This document shows positions 18,355 through 28,133 of a stretch of DNA of 64,000 bases, piece after piece. Source of the DNA: Anaerolineae bacterium (GTDB lineage Bacteria > Chloroflexota > Anaerolineae > UBA4142); NCBI GenBank assembly GCA_034435055.1, contig DAOTXS010000065.1:1-64000 (forward strand). The letters are read 5' to 3'. Under the pieces are notes generated by a model, which made no database searches, had not been told where the DNA came from, and was given only the letters and a program-made list of their open reading frames with translations. The stretch's first letter is position 1. Each line of letters begins with the position of its first letter. A program made the translations under genes and the position numbers.

Positions 18355-19947
18355 ATGCAACTTTCGCGCCGCGATTTCCTAAAAGATATGGCATTTGCCG
18401 CCGCAATTGCCGGCTTGCCCAGCTGGATGACTGATCTTGACGAAGCGCCGCCGATGGAGATGTTATTGCTCAACGCCGGCGCGTACCCGTGGCAATGGAC
18501 ACCCTCCTCTGACATCGGGCAAGGCAATCCGATTATCACCACGCTCAATCGCATCGCGTTTGGTCCGCGTCCCGGTGACTTTGAGCGCGTCCAACAAATC
18601 GGCATCGATGCGTACATCGAAGAGCAACTTGCGCCGGAAAAAATCGACGACAGCACGCTCGATGCCCGGCTCGCTCAAAATTATCCCACGCTCAAAATGA
18701 GCGCGCTCGAGTTGTTTCAGAAATATCCGCAACCGGCGCCCGGTACCAAGCCCCAGCCATCGACAACGCCCCAGCAAGTTATACTCGAATTGCAAGAAGC
18801 GACGGTTCTGCGCGCGCTTTACAGCCAGCGCCAGCTGCAAGAAATGCTCGTCGATTTTTGGTCGAATCACTTTTCGATTTTCATTGGCAAGAATCAGGTC
18901 AAGTGGCTGAAGACGGTCGATGACCGCGAGGTGATTCGCAAAAATGCGTTCGGCAAATTCAAAGAGCTGTTGCTGGCAAGCGCGCAAAGCCCGGCGATGC
19001 TGGAATACCTCGACAATCAACTGAATGTCAAAGGCGTCGCCAACGAAAATTACGCGCGTGAAATAATGGAATTGCATTCGCTTGGCGTCGATGGCGGTTA
19101 CACGCAAAAAGATGTCGCCGAGTTGGCGCGCGCGTTGACCGGCTGGGGGTATAAAGCACCGCGCCGAATTGCAGGGGTGTTCAATCTCGATGGCGCGGGT
19201 TTATTCGAATTTGATCCGCGCGAACATGACAATGGAGCGAAGCGCATTTTGGGAATCGATTTGCCGGCGAACGGTGGCATCAACGACGGACTCAAGATGA
19301 TCGATGTGCTCGCGCATCATCCGTCGACCGCGCGCTTCATCGCCAGAAAATTGGTCACGCGCTTTGTCTCCGACACGCCGCCGGATGCGCTCGTGCAACG
19401 TGCCACCGAATCATTCTTGAAAACCGACGGCGATATTCGCCAAGTGCTGAGTGTGATTTTGCACTCGGACGAATTCAAAAATTCGTTCGCGCAAAAAATC
19501 AAACGACCGTTTGAACTTGTCGTCTCGGCGTTGCGCGCGGTTGATGCGCAATTGGAAGACGCGCGCGCGATTGCGCTGGCGCTGCGCGCGATGGGGCAGG
19601 GTTTGTTCCTGCTCACCACACCCGACGGTTATCCCGATACCGGCGCGGCGTGGATCAACACGAGTGCGTTGCTCGCACGTTGGAATTATGCGTTGCTCGT
19701 CGGCGCAAATCGCGTGCCGCGCGGCAAAATCGATTTTGCCGCCGCGCTGAAGAATTTGAAATCGCGCACGGTTGGTGAGGTGGTCGATTATTCGATCAAC
19801 GATCTTTTGCATCGCACGATTCCGGAAAAAGATCGGCAGAAATTGATCGATGCCTTCGGCGGCAAACCCGCCGCGAATTTCGATTTGGCGCGTGCGCCGG
19901 AACTCGTTGCGCTGATTCTTGCCTCGCCGCATTTTCAGTATCGGTAG
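18355..19947 (+). CDS. DUF1800 family protein with a Tat signal
   Basis: SRRDFLK twin-arginine signal; paired with DUF1501, as is common. Confidence 0.7.
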   Translation: MQLSRRDFLKDMAFAAAIAGLPSWMTDLDEAPPMEMLLLNAGAYPWQWTPSSDIGQGNPIITTLNRIAFGPRPGDFERVQQIGIDAYIEEQLAPEKIDDSTLDARLAQNYPTLKMSALELFQKYPQPAPGTKPQPSTTPQQVILELQEATVLRALYSQRQLQEMLVDFWSNHFSIFIGKNQVKWLKTVDDREVIRKNAFGKFKELLLASAQSPAMLEYLDNQLNVKGVANENYAREIMELHSLGVDGGYTQKDVAELARALTGWGYKAPRRIAGVFNLDGAGLFEFDPREHDNGAKRILGIDLPANGGINDGLKMIDVLAHHPSTARFIARKLVTRFVSDTPPDALVQRATESFLKTDGDIRQVLSVILHSDEFKNSFAQKIKRPFELVVSALRAVDAQLEDARAIALALRAMGQGLFLLTTPDGYPDTGAAWINTSALLARWNYALLVGANRVPRGKIDFAAALKNLKSRTVGEVVDYSINDLLHRTIPEKDRQKLIDAFGGKPAANFDLARAPELVALILASPHFQYR

Positions 19948-19955
19948 TTTGTCGA

Positions 19956-20016
19956 CTGGTCAATCAGTCAACTAGTCAATTTGCCAATCTTTCCTAGTTG
20001 ACCAATTGACTGATTG
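19956..20016. repeat. Imperfect inverted repeat built from GTCAAYY heptamer units (CTGGTCAATCAGTCAACTAG ... CTAGTTGACCAATTGACTGATTG)
   Basis: The arms at 19956-19975 and 19994-20016 are reverse complements apart from a TTGGTCAA insertion. Lies between DUF1800 and DUF1501. Confidence 0.55.
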
Positions 20017-20040
20017 CCTAATTGATTGTGGAGGATTTTG

Positions 20041-21378
20041 ATGAACGATACAACTACTCGTCGCGATCTACTTCGTCGCACCGGCGTTCTCGCACTCGGC
20101 GCGATGACGTTGCCGCCATGGATGCCGCGCGTCGCGCTCGCCGCCGAAGGCAAAACGCAAGGCGATATTCTCGTCTGCGTGTTTATGCGTGGCGCGGCGG
20201 ATGGGCTCAATCTTGTTGTCCCGCTCGGCGATAAAAATTATTTTGATGCGCGTCCCACCCTCGCGCTCGCCGAACCGAAAGCCGGCAAAGATGACGCCGC
20301 CATCGCGCTCGATAATTTCTTTGGCTTGCACCCGATGCTCAAGCCGTTCAAAGAAATTTTCGATGCTGGCTCGCTTGCCATCGTGCACGCGGTTGGCTCA
20401 CCCGATCCTACGCACTCGCATTTCGATGCGATGGATTTTATGGAACGCGGCACGCCCGGCGAAAAATCGATTCCGACCGGCTGGATTGGTCGGCATCTGC
20501 AAACGATGGCATCGAACAATCAATCGCCGTTTCGCGCTATTGGAATGGGGACATTATTGCAACAATCGTTGCGCGGGCCGGTGTCCGCCACCTCGCTTCA
20601 AAGCATCGCCGATTTCCATTTGCAAGGCGATCAGAAAAAGCTCCAGTCGTTTCAAACCGCGCTTGCCTCGCTTTACGCCGGCGATAGTTTCATCGAGGCG
20701 CAAGGTCAATTGACCTTGCAAACGATGCGCGACCTGATGAAAATTGCGTCGGATAAATACACGCCGTCGGGCGGCGCGGAATATCCCGACACATCGTTCG
20801 GCAAAGCGATGGCAAATGTTGCTCAGTTGATTAAAGCCCAGGTTGGACTCGAAGTGGCGTGCGTCGATTTGGGCGGCTGGGACACGCACGTGCAACAAGA
20901 CACACAAATGCCGCGTCTCATCGATGAGTTTGCAAAATCGTTGGCGGCGTTCCACGTGGATCTGCACGATCAGATGAAACGCATCACGCTTGTAACGATG
21001 ACGGAGTTTGGTCGGCGCGTGCAAGAGAACACCGGCAAAGGTACCGATCACGGTCACGGTAGTGTGATGTTTCTGATGGGCGGCGGGGTGAACGGCGGCA
21101 AAGTCTATGGCGATTTTCCCGGCTTGAACAAAGATAATTTGTATGGTCCCGGCGATTTGGCAATCACCACGGATTTTCGTGACGTGTTGGGCGAAATTGT
21201 TCAAAAGCGATTGGCGAATGCGAATCTCGCCAGCGTTTTTCCCAACTACCCCACGTTCAAATTTCGTGGCGTGTTCAAAGATTATAGCGTGGCGCAATCG
21301 ACGCCAACGCAAGCCGCGCAACCGCTCGTCCTCGAATTACCGTTCGGCATCAAGATTCCGTTGGGGGCTGGGAACTGA
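20041..21378 (+). CDS. DUF1501 (sulfatase-like) family protein with a Tat signal
   Basis: TRRDLLRRTG Tat motif. Start moved to the ATG at 20041, preceded by GGAGGA. Confidence 0.7.
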   Translation: MNDTTTRRDLLRRTGVLALGAMTLPPWMPRVALAAEGKTQGDILVCVFMRGAADGLNLVVPLGDKNYFDARPTLALAEPKAGKDDAAIALDNFFGLHPMLKPFKEIFDAGSLAIVHAVGSPDPTHSHFDAMDFMERGTPGEKSIPTGWIGRHLQTMASNNQSPFRAIGMGTLLQQSLRGPVSATSLQSIADFHLQGDQKKLQSFQTALASLYAGDSFIEAQGQLTLQTMRDLMKIASDKYTPSGGAEYPDTSFGKAMANVAQLIKAQVGLEVACVDLGGWDTHVQQDTQMPRLIDEFAKSLAAFHVDLHDQMKRITLVTMTEFGRRVQENTGKGTDHGHGSVMFLMGGGVNGGKVYGDFPGLNKDNLYGPGDLAITTDFRDVLGEIVQKRLANANLASVFPNYPTFKFRGVFKDYSVAQSTPTQAAQPLVLELPFGIKIPLGAGN

Positions 21379-21386
21379 AGAAATGC

Positions 21387-21420
21387 AAAACCGCTTTCGG
21401 CAAGAAAGCGGTTTTGTTTT
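21387..21420. terminator. Bidirectional rho-independent terminator between DUF1501 and rpsT
   Basis: AAAACCGCTTTC-GGCAA-GAAAGCGGTTTT stem flanked by A and T runs. Confidence 0.75.
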
Positions 21421-21712
21421 ACTTGGCGGCTTTGAGTTGATTGAATTTTTTCATCAAGCGCGCTTTGCGGCGCGCGGCGTTATTCTTTTTGATGACGCCT
21501 TTCGCGGCGGCTTTGTCCAACGCTCGAATGGCTTGCTTGACGGCTTGTTCCGTTTCATTCACCTTGCCTTCGGCGATCAACGCATTTGCGTCTTTGACTT
21601 CGGTGCGCGCAGTCATCCGCGCGACGCGATTGCGCATGTGTCGGCGTGTGCTTTGGCGCATCGCTTTGATGCCGGCGTGCTTTCGTCCAGTTTTCTTGGG
21701 TGCGTTTGCCAA
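21419..21712 (-). CDS. rpsT: 30S ribosomal protein S20
   Basis: 97 aa, basic, ANAPKKTGRKHAGIKAMRQSTRR..., typical of S20. Confidence 0.9.
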   Translation of the reverse strand: MANAPKKTGRKHAGIKAMRQSTRRHMRNRVARMTARTEVKDANALIAEGKVNETEQAVKQAIRALDKAAAKGVIKKNNAARRKARLMKKFNQLKAAK

Positions 21713-21784
21713 TTTAAAAATCCTCCCCGATGATTTCGCGGCGCATATTACATCAATTTACCGTTTTTGACAAATCGATTTTCC

Positions 21785-21814
21785 GGGGCGGGCAACCACG
21801 CGGGTTGCCCCTAC
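21785..21814. repeat. Palindromic repeat GGGGCGGGCAACC-ACGCGG-GTTGCCCCTAC (family copy 3)
   Basis: Lies between rpsT and murJ. Confidence 0.6.
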
Positions 21815-21839
21815 TGATTCTCGTGCTATAATACCCGGC

Positions 21840-23414
21840 GTGAATTTGGAATCTGCATTGCTGACACAACCACGCCGGCTTGCGCGCGCGGCGGCGATTG
21901 TGATGCTGTTCTTCGTCGTCAGCCGATTGCTCGGTCTCGTGCGCGATATTGTCATCAGCCATCAATTCGGCACGTCGCGCGAACTCGATGCGTACTTTGC
22001 CGCGTTCAACATTCCCGATTTCGTGTTCACCGTGCTGGCTGGCGGCGCGCTTGGCTCGGCATTTATCCCAACGTTCTCGGCGATTCTGGCGCAAAACGAT
22101 GCCGCGCGCGCGTGGCGGTTGGCGAGCGCAGTAATCCAACTTACATTTTGGTTGCTCACGGTGCTTTGTGTCGTCTTGGCAATTTTCGCTTCGCCGATTG
22201 TTACGCTCACCGTCGCGCGTGGATTTGCGCCAACCGAACAACACCTCACCGCCGATTTGATGCGCTGGATGCTCGTTACCCCCATCATCTTTGGTGTGAG
22301 CGGCATCGTGATGGGCATTCTCAATTCGCATCAACATTTCGTTTTGCCCGCGCTCGCGCCGGTGATGTATAATGTGGCTATCATCGCCGGTGCGCTCTGG
22401 CTCGCGCCCACGATGGGGGTGTACGGATTGGTGGTGGGCGTTGTCACGGGCGCGGTGTTGCATTTGCTTGTTCAAATGCCGTGGTTCTTGCAAAAGCAAT
22501 TTCAAGTTTCAGGTTTCAAGTTTCAGACGTGGGATTTGAAATTTGAGATTTCGCAAGACGTTCATCACGTTGTGCGCTTGATGCTCCCGCGCACGTTCGG
22601 GATCGCGGCGGTGCAAATCAATTTTCTGGTCAATACCATTCTCGCTTCGACGTTGCCGGCAGGACGAATCGCCGCATTAGCGTACGCGTGGCGATTGATG
22701 TTGTTGCCGGTGGGTGTGGTGGGGCAATCGTTAGCAACCGCGGTCTTTCCAACTTTTTCAGCGCAGACCGCCCGCGATGAACGCGACGAATTTCGCAGTA
22801 CGCTTTCGATGGCGTTGCGCACAACGTTGTATCTGACGATGCCGGCGGCAGTCGGTTTGTTCGTGCTGGGCGCGCCGCTCGTCGCATTGCTCTTTCAGCG
22901 TGGCGAGTTTGACGCACAATCGACATCCGAAACTGCCTTCGCGTTGCAATTTTTTGCGCTGGCGTTATTCGCACATTCGAGTCTCGAAATTGTCACGCGC
23001 GCGTTTTACGCATTGCACGACACTTTGACGCCGGTAGCGATTGGCATCGGCGCGATGATTCTCAACATTGTGTTGAGTGTCATGTTGCTTGCGCCGCTCG
23101 CACACGGCGGGCTTGCGCTGGCAAACTCGATGGCGACGATTCTGGAATTGGTCATCTTGCTCGCAATTCTCCGCCGCCGACTTGGCGATATCGACGCGCG
23201 GCGCATCGCATTATCGACTGTGCGCATCAGCGTCGCGTCGATTGTGATGGGCGTAGTGATTGCGTGGTTGGCGCACGCGCTCGCGTCGTTCGGTGCAATC
23301 GTTGTGGCAATCGTCGGCGCGATGATCGGCGCGGTAATTTATTTTGTCGTAACGCTGTTGTTGCGTTCGGAAGAAATCACATTTGTGTTGCAGAGAATAA
23401 AACGTAGAACATAG
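21840..23414 (+). CDS. murJ: Lipid II flippase MurJ (MviN)
   Basis: 14-TM MOP-family protein with the N-terminal block [22 protein letters not shown]...AFNIPD. GTG start. Confidence 0.85.
   Translation: MNLESALLTQPRRLARAAAIVMLFFVVSRLLGLVRDIVISHQFGTSRELDAYFAAFNIPDFVFTVLAGGALGSAFIPTFSAILAQNDAARAWRLASAVIQLTFWLLTVLCVVLAIFASPIVTLTVARGFAPTEQHLTADLMRWMLVTPIIFGVSGIVMGILNSHQHFVLPALAPVMYNVAIIAGALWLAPTMGVYGLVVGVVTGAVLHLLVQMPWFLQKQFQVSGFKFQTWDLKFEISQDVHHVVRLMLPRTFGIAAVQINFLVNTILASTLPAGRIAALAYAWRLMLLPVGVVGQSLATAVFPTFSAQTARDERDEFRSTLSMALRTTLYLTMPAAVGLFVLGAPLVALLFQRGEFDAQSTSETAFALQFFALALFAHSSLEIVTRAFYALHDTLTPVAIGIGAMILNIVLSVMLLAPLAHGGLALANSMATILELVILLAILRRRLGDIDARRIALSTVRISVASIVMGVVIAWLAHALASFGAIVVAIVGAMIGAVIYFVVTLLLRSEEITFVLQRIKRRT
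22497..22553 (+). repeat. Heptamer tandem repeats inside the murJ coding sequence (TTTCAAG TTTCAGG TTTCAAG TTTCAGA ... GATTTGA AATTTGA GATTTCG)
   Basis: Read directly. They encode [19 protein letters not shown] in a predicted loop region. Confidence 0.75.
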
Positions 23415-23428
23415 AATTTGGAGATACG

Positions 23429-24502
23429 ATGCTCGACAAACTTGCACTCGTCGAAAAACATTACGAAGAATTACACAACTTGATGGCAGACCCGGCGGTC
23501 AGCAGTAATCCCACGCGCTTGCGCGAAATCACGCGCGAGATCAGCGGTTTGGAAGAAACAGTTGCCAAGTATCGTGAATACAAATTGACGCGCGATGCGC
23601 TGGAGAAAACGCAGACACTCGCGCGCGAAGAAGCGGACGACGAGTTGCGCGCGATGGCAAAAGAAGAAGCCGCCAAACTTGAAGCGGACGAAAGCCGATT
23701 GTTGCAAGAGTTGCGCGTTTTGCTTTTGCCCAAAGACCCGCGCGACGACAAGGATGTGTTCGTCGAAATCCGCGCGGGCACCGGTGGGGACGAAGCCGCG
23801 CTCTTCGCCGCCGATTTGTATCGGATGTACACGCGTTATGCCGAAGACAAAGGATGGAAAGTAGAACTTGTTGATGAGAATCGGACCGGGCTAAAAGGAT
23901 TCAAAGAAGTCGTCTTTGAAATTCGCGGCAAAGGCGCATTCTCGCGGATGAAATACGAAAGCGGCGTGCATCGCGTTCAGCGTGTGCCGATCACTGAAGC
24001 GCAAGGACGCGTCCACACATCGACGGCGACGGTGGCGGTACTTGCCGAAGTGGACGAAGTTGAAGTGGACATCAAGCCAGATGATTTGAAGATTGATATC
24101 TTTCACGCGTCGGGGCACGGCGGGCAGAACGTGCAAAAAGTGGCGACGGCGGTGCGCATCACGCATTTGCCCACCGGACTCGTGGTTACGTGCCAGGATC
24201 AGCGTTCGCAATTGCAAAATAAAATTCGCGCGATGGGAGTGTTGCGCGCGCGGCTGTACGAAATCGAAATTGAAAAACGCGAACGCGAGGTAACCGAGTC
24301 GCGGCGGTTGCAAGTGGGATCGGGTGAACGCGCGGAAAAAATTCGCACATACAACTTTCCGCAAGACCGGATGACCGATCATCGGATTGGAATGTCGTTA
24401 CACAATTTGCCGAAAATTATGGACGGCGATATTGACGCGATTATCGACGCGCTGATTCTGGAAGATCAATCGGCAAAGCTCAAAGCGGCGGGTGTGGGAT
24501 AA
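23429..24502 (+). CDS. prfA: Peptide chain release factor 1
   Basis: GGQ motif ([13 protein letters not shown]), RF1-type domain order and length (357 aa); followed by prmC. Confidence 0.9.
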   Translation: MLDKLALVEKHYEELHNLMADPAVSSNPTRLREITREISGLEETVAKYREYKLTRDALEKTQTLAREEADDELRAMAKEEAAKLEADESRLLQELRVLLLPKDPRDDKDVFVEIRAGTGGDEAALFAADLYRMYTRYAEDKGWKVELVDENRTGLKGFKEVVFEIRGKGAFSRMKYESGVHRVQRVPITEAQGRVHTSTATVAVLAEVDEVEVDIKPDDLKIDIFHASGHGGQNVQKVATAVRITHLPTGLVVTCQDQRSQLQNKIRAMGVLRARLYEIEIEKREREVTESRRLQVGSGERAEKIRTYNFPQDRMTDHRIGMSLHNLPKIMDGDIDAIIDALILEDQSAKLKAAGVG

Positions 24503-24508
24503 AGTGTA

Positions 24509-25345
24509 ATGCGGCAACGCGCCGGCATTTTGATCTTCATCGTGGCGATGTTGGTGTTGAGCGTGTGTACTTTGGCGGTGCGTCTCAGCCCTGTGCCGCA
24601 AATTCTTGCACCGATTTCTGCATTCGTTTCTACGCCAACGCCTACGCCACGTTTCACGGACAACGATGTCCGCGTCGTCGCCATCGTCGCAACGTACGAA
24701 GCGCAAGTTTTCCCAGAGCCGTTGAAATCGCAAGCGTACACCGCGATTGCGTGGACGATGCGCAATCGGATCGAGATCGGATTTGGCGGCGCGGTGCGTT
24801 ACACCGATGAACGCGTGACGAGTCGTTACGCCTCATATTCTGAACACAAAAATGATTTGCCCGACCCGCGCGCCATCGAAATCGCGCGGCAGGTGTTGAG
24901 CGCGGAAACGAATGTCGATGATCCGACGCGCGGCGCGCGCCACTTTGTCGATCATTCGTACTGGACGGGGACGAACGAGCAAACCGGCGCGTTGGTCAAG
25001 GTGCGCGGCAAATTCAGTGATGTCGATGTGCAACGCTTGATCGAGGATGGAAAATTTTTGATGACGATTGAATGGCAAACGCCAACCGACCATCCGCGCG
25101 GTCAACTTTTTTACGGATTGTATTTTTTCGACTACTGGCCTCCCGTTACACCCATCGTCACCGCCACGTTCACGCCAACGCGCCGCCCCACAGCAACGAT
25201 CACACGGACATCAACGCGCACGCTCACGTCCACCCGCACCTTGACTCCAACCCGAACCATAACGACTACGCCAACGCTGACGGCTACGCCGACAATCAGT
25301 GTAACGCCAACGATGCCGGCGACCGTTGAAATCAAGATTCAGTGA
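24509..25345 (+). CDS. Secreted/anchored cell-wall hydrolase, SleB/CwlJ-like (Hydrolase_2) domain, with a Thr-rich C-terminal tail
   Basis: N-terminal TM/signal; AIAWTMRNRIE...RYASY core resembles SleB-type hydrolases; C-terminal TPT/TRT low-complexity repeats. Moderate confidence. Confidence 0.5.
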   Translation: MRQRAGILIFIVAMLVLSVCTLAVRLSPVPQILAPISAFVSTPTPTPRFTDNDVRVVAIVATYEAQVFPEPLKSQAYTAIAWTMRNRIEIGFGGAVRYTDERVTSRYASYSEHKNDLPDPRAIEIARQVLSAETNVDDPTRGARHFVDHSYWTGTNEQTGALVKVRGKFSDVDVQRLIEDGKFLMTIEWQTPTDHPRGQLFYGLYFFDYWPPVTPIVTATFTPTRRPTATITRTSTRTLTSTRTLTPTRTITTTPTLTATPTISVTPTMPATVEIKIQ

Positions 25346-26274
25346 TGCCGCAACCGACGATTCAAGATGTTTTGCTCGATGCCGTCCGCGCGCTCGGCGC
25401 AACGATGGCGTATCACGACGCGCGACTGCAAGCAGAACTTTTACTTGCACACGCGCTTGAAACTTCGCGGTCGATGATGCTTGCGCGCTTGAATGAATCG
25501 ATTGCGCCCGATGTGGCGGCGCGATACGCGGCATCCGTCGCGCGACGCGCGCAACACGAACCGCTCGCGTACATCATCGGCCATCAAGAATTTTATGGAC
25601 TCGATTTCATCGTCGACCGGCGCGTGTTGATCCCGCGCCACGAAACGGAAACGCTCGTCCAACTCGCGCTGGAACGCGTGCAAAAAATTTTATCGCCGGT
25701 GATTGTCGATGTTGGCACCGGGTCGGGTGCGCTCGCGTTGACGCTGGCGCATCATTTGCCCCGCGCGCGCGTATTCGCGCTCGATCAATCGCGCGATGCG
25801 TTGGACGTGGCGCGACTGAACGCAAAACGCTTGAACGTGGAATCGCGCGTTGAATTTTTGCTATCCGATTTACTCGATGCCTTGGGTGATGCGTTTGATC
25901 TTTTGGTCGCCAATCTGCCGTACATTCCTTCGACGCGTTTTGATCAACTGCCGCGCGAAATCCGTGCATTTGAGCCGCGCGCCGCGCTCGACGGCGGCGA
26001 AGATGGTCTTGTCGTGATGCGGCGTCTGCTTGCGCAATTGGAATCGCACGCCAAGCGAAACGCGGTCGCGTTGTTGGAAATTTCGGAAGAGCAGGGCAAC
26101 GCTGCCATCGAAATGGCGCGGCGCATTTTGCCGGGTGCGGTGGTTACGTTGCACCCAGATTTGGAAAGATTAGATCGCGTGATGGAAATCAAAATGCTGA
26201 CGGAAGGCAGAGACTCGGTCTTCCGTCCCCGTCTTCGGTCGGGTTATGAGAACCCAACTTCTTCCCACAACTGA
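25342..26274 (+). CDS. prmC: Release factor glutamine methyltransferase PrmC (HemK)
   Basis: SAM motif VDVGTGSGALAL and the NPPY-type motif VANLPYI. Start overlaps the previous stop (GTGATG). Confidence 0.85.
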   Translation: MMPQPTIQDVLLDAVRALGATMAYHDARLQAELLLAHALETSRSMMLARLNESIAPDVAARYAASVARRAQHEPLAYIIGHQEFYGLDFIVDRRVLIPRHETETLVQLALERVQKILSPVIVDVGTGSGALALTLAHHLPRARVFALDQSRDALDVARLNAKRLNVESRVEFLLSDLLDALGDAFDLLVANLPYIPSTRFDQLPREIRAFEPRAALDGGEDGLVVMRRLLAQLESHAKRNAVALLEISEEQGNAAIEMARRILPGAVVTLHPDLERLDRVMEIKMLTEGRDSVFRPRLRSGYENPTSSHN

Positions 26275-26890
26275 TACTCAGGCGTTTGCCCACGCCGTCC
26301 GACTTTTGCGCGCCGGCAAAGTGATTGCATTTCCAACCGACACGGTTTACGGCATCGGCGCGGACGGTTTCAACGAACGTGCGATCGAGCAATTGTTCGT
26401 CGTCAAGGAACGCGAGCGCGGCAAGGCAATTCCGTATTTGTTGTCCGATACCAAAGATTTGGCGAAGGTGGCGCGTGAAATTCCGCGCGCCGCGCAGATG
26501 CTCGCGGAAAAATTTTTCCCGGGCGGACTGACGCTCGTTGTGCCGGCGTCGCCGCGCGTGCCAAAAATCCTGATTGCCGGCGGCGATACGATTGCGGTGC
26601 GCGTGCCCAATCATCCCACAACGCGTGCGCTGATCGATGCGTTGGGCGCGCCGCTCGCGGCGACGAGCGCAAATATCTCCGGCGGCGAAAATCCGGCGAA
26701 CGCGCGTGATGTGCTCAAACAACTCGACGGGCGCATTCCACTTATTCTCGATGGCGGTGCGACGCGCGGCAACATTCCGTCCACCGTTGTCGATGTCTCG
26801 ACCGATCCGCCGAAGGTGTTGCGGGTAGGAGTAATTACGGTCGAGGAAATTGAAAAAGTAGTTGGACAAGTTGCATCGTTTGATGGTTGA
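26246..26890 (+). CDS. tsaC: L-threonylcarbamoyladenylate synthase (YrdC/Sua5 domain), TsaC-type
   Basis: VIAFPTDTVYGIGAD YrdC signature; single-domain (214 aa); follows prfA and prmC as in many bacteria. Confidence 0.8.
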   Translation: MRTQLLPTTDTQAFAHAVRLLRAGKVIAFPTDTVYGIGADGFNERAIEQLFVVKERERGKAIPYLLSDTKDLAKVAREIPRAAQMLAEKFFPGGLTLVVPASPRVPKILIAGGDTIAVRVPNHPTTRALIDALGAPLAATSANISGGENPANARDVLKQLDGRIPLILDGGATRGNIPSTVVDVSTDPPKVLRVGVITVEEIEKVVGQVASFDG

Positions 26891-26942
26891 ATGGTTTCGT
26901 TGGCTATCAAATGTATCTATGCAACAGTGCAACTGACGAACT

Positions 26943-28133
26943 ATGCTAATCGGAATCGATGCCAGCCGCGCGACGAGCGCGACACCCACCGGCACAGAAA
27001 CTTATTCACGCGAACTGATTCGCGCGCTCCTCGCGCTTGATCGCAAGAATCAGTATCGATTGTATTTGCAAAGCGATGCGCCGCGCGATTTTTTTGCACC
27101 TTTGCAGTCAATGTCATTGCGAGCGGAGCGAAGCAATCTCTCAAACAACTTGAAAGATTGCTTCGTCGCAAATGACGCTCCTCGCAATGACAAGCGTGAT
27201 AATTTTGAATTGCGAATTCTAAAGCTCCCCCGCCTTTGGACTCACCTTCGCCTCTCGTTTGAAATGCTCACACGCGCGCCGGATGTCTTGTGGGTTCCGG
27301 CGCACGTTCTGCCGCCCATTCATCCGCGCCGCTCGATTGTAACGGTGCACGACCTGGGATATTTGCATTTCCCGCGCGCGCATCCGCCGCTACAACGACT
27401 GTATCACACGTGGTCAACGCGGTGGAACGCGCGCGCCGCCGCGCACATCTTCGCCGATTCCGAGGCGACGCGCGATGACTTGATGCAATTGTTGAACGTG
27501 CCGCTGGAAAAAATTACCATTGTGTATCCGGCGTACGATGCGGAATTGTACAAACCGGTGCGCGATATTGCGCTAATCGAAAACGTGCGCGCGAAATATC
27601 GCGTAGGCGAAGACTATATCCTCAGCATCGGCACAATTCATCCGCGCAAAAACTATGCGCGGTTGATTGAGGCATTTAGCAAATTGCGAATGGCAAATTG
27701 CAAATTGATGATCGTTGGCAAACGCGGTTGGTGGTACCAAGAGACGTTTGACATTGTGCCGCGTTTGGGCTTAGAGTCGAAAGTACAGTTTCTCGATTAT
27801 GTCCCGGTTTCCGATTTGCCTGCGCTCATCAGCGGCGCGCGCTTGCTCGCGTTTCCCAGTTTGCACGAAGGATTTGGTTTGCCGGTGTTGGAAGCGCACG
27901 CGTGCGGTACGCCGGTTGTTTGCTCGATGGTGTCGTCGTTGCCGGAAGCCGCCGGCGATGCCGCGCTCTTTTTCGACCCGCTCGACGTTGACGCGATTGC
28001 CGGCGCGATGAATCGTGTCTTGACGGACGAGGCGTTGCGCGCAAAATTGATCGAGCGGGGTTTTGATAATCTCAAACGCTTTGCGTGGCAAGCCAGCGCG
28101 CGTCAAGTGCTGGATGTGATTCAAAAACTATGA
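26943..28133 (+). CDS. GT4 family glycosyltransferase carrying an in-frame ~79 bp repeat-element insertion
   Basis: GT4 fold with EX7E-type C-terminal motifs (FPSLHEGFGLPVLEAHACGTPVV). Residues SMSLRAERSNLSNNLKDCFVANDAPRN are encoded by the MITE copy at 27113-27191. Confidence 0.8.
   Translation: MLIGIDASRATSATPTGTETYSRELIRALLALDRKNQYRLYLQSDAPRDFFAPLQSMSLRAERSNLSNNLKDCFVANDAPRNDKRDNFELRILKLPRLWTHLRLSFEMLTRAPDVLWVPAHVLPPIHPRRSIVTVHDLGYLHFPRAHPPLQRLYHTWSTRWNARAAAHIFADSEATRDDLMQLLNVPLEKITIVYPAYDAELYKPVRDIALIENVRAKYRVGEDYILSIGTIHPRKNYARLIEAFSKLRMANCKLMIVGKRGWWYQETFDIVPRLGLESKVQFLDYVPVSDLPALISGARLLAFPSLHEGFGLPVLEAHACGTPVVCSMVSSLPEAAGDAALFFDPLDVDAIAGAMNRVLTDEALRAKLIERGFDNLKRFAWQASARQVLDVIQKL
27113..27191. 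mobile_element. MITE-like nested-hairpin element, copy B, inserted in-frame within the GT4 gene
   Basis: 79 bp. Shares the 26-nt 5' arm and both 3' stem arms with copy A (15784-15865) and differs in the loop and the AAATGA spacer. 79 is not a multiple of 3, yet the frame continues, which implies indel compensation. Confidence 0.75.
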
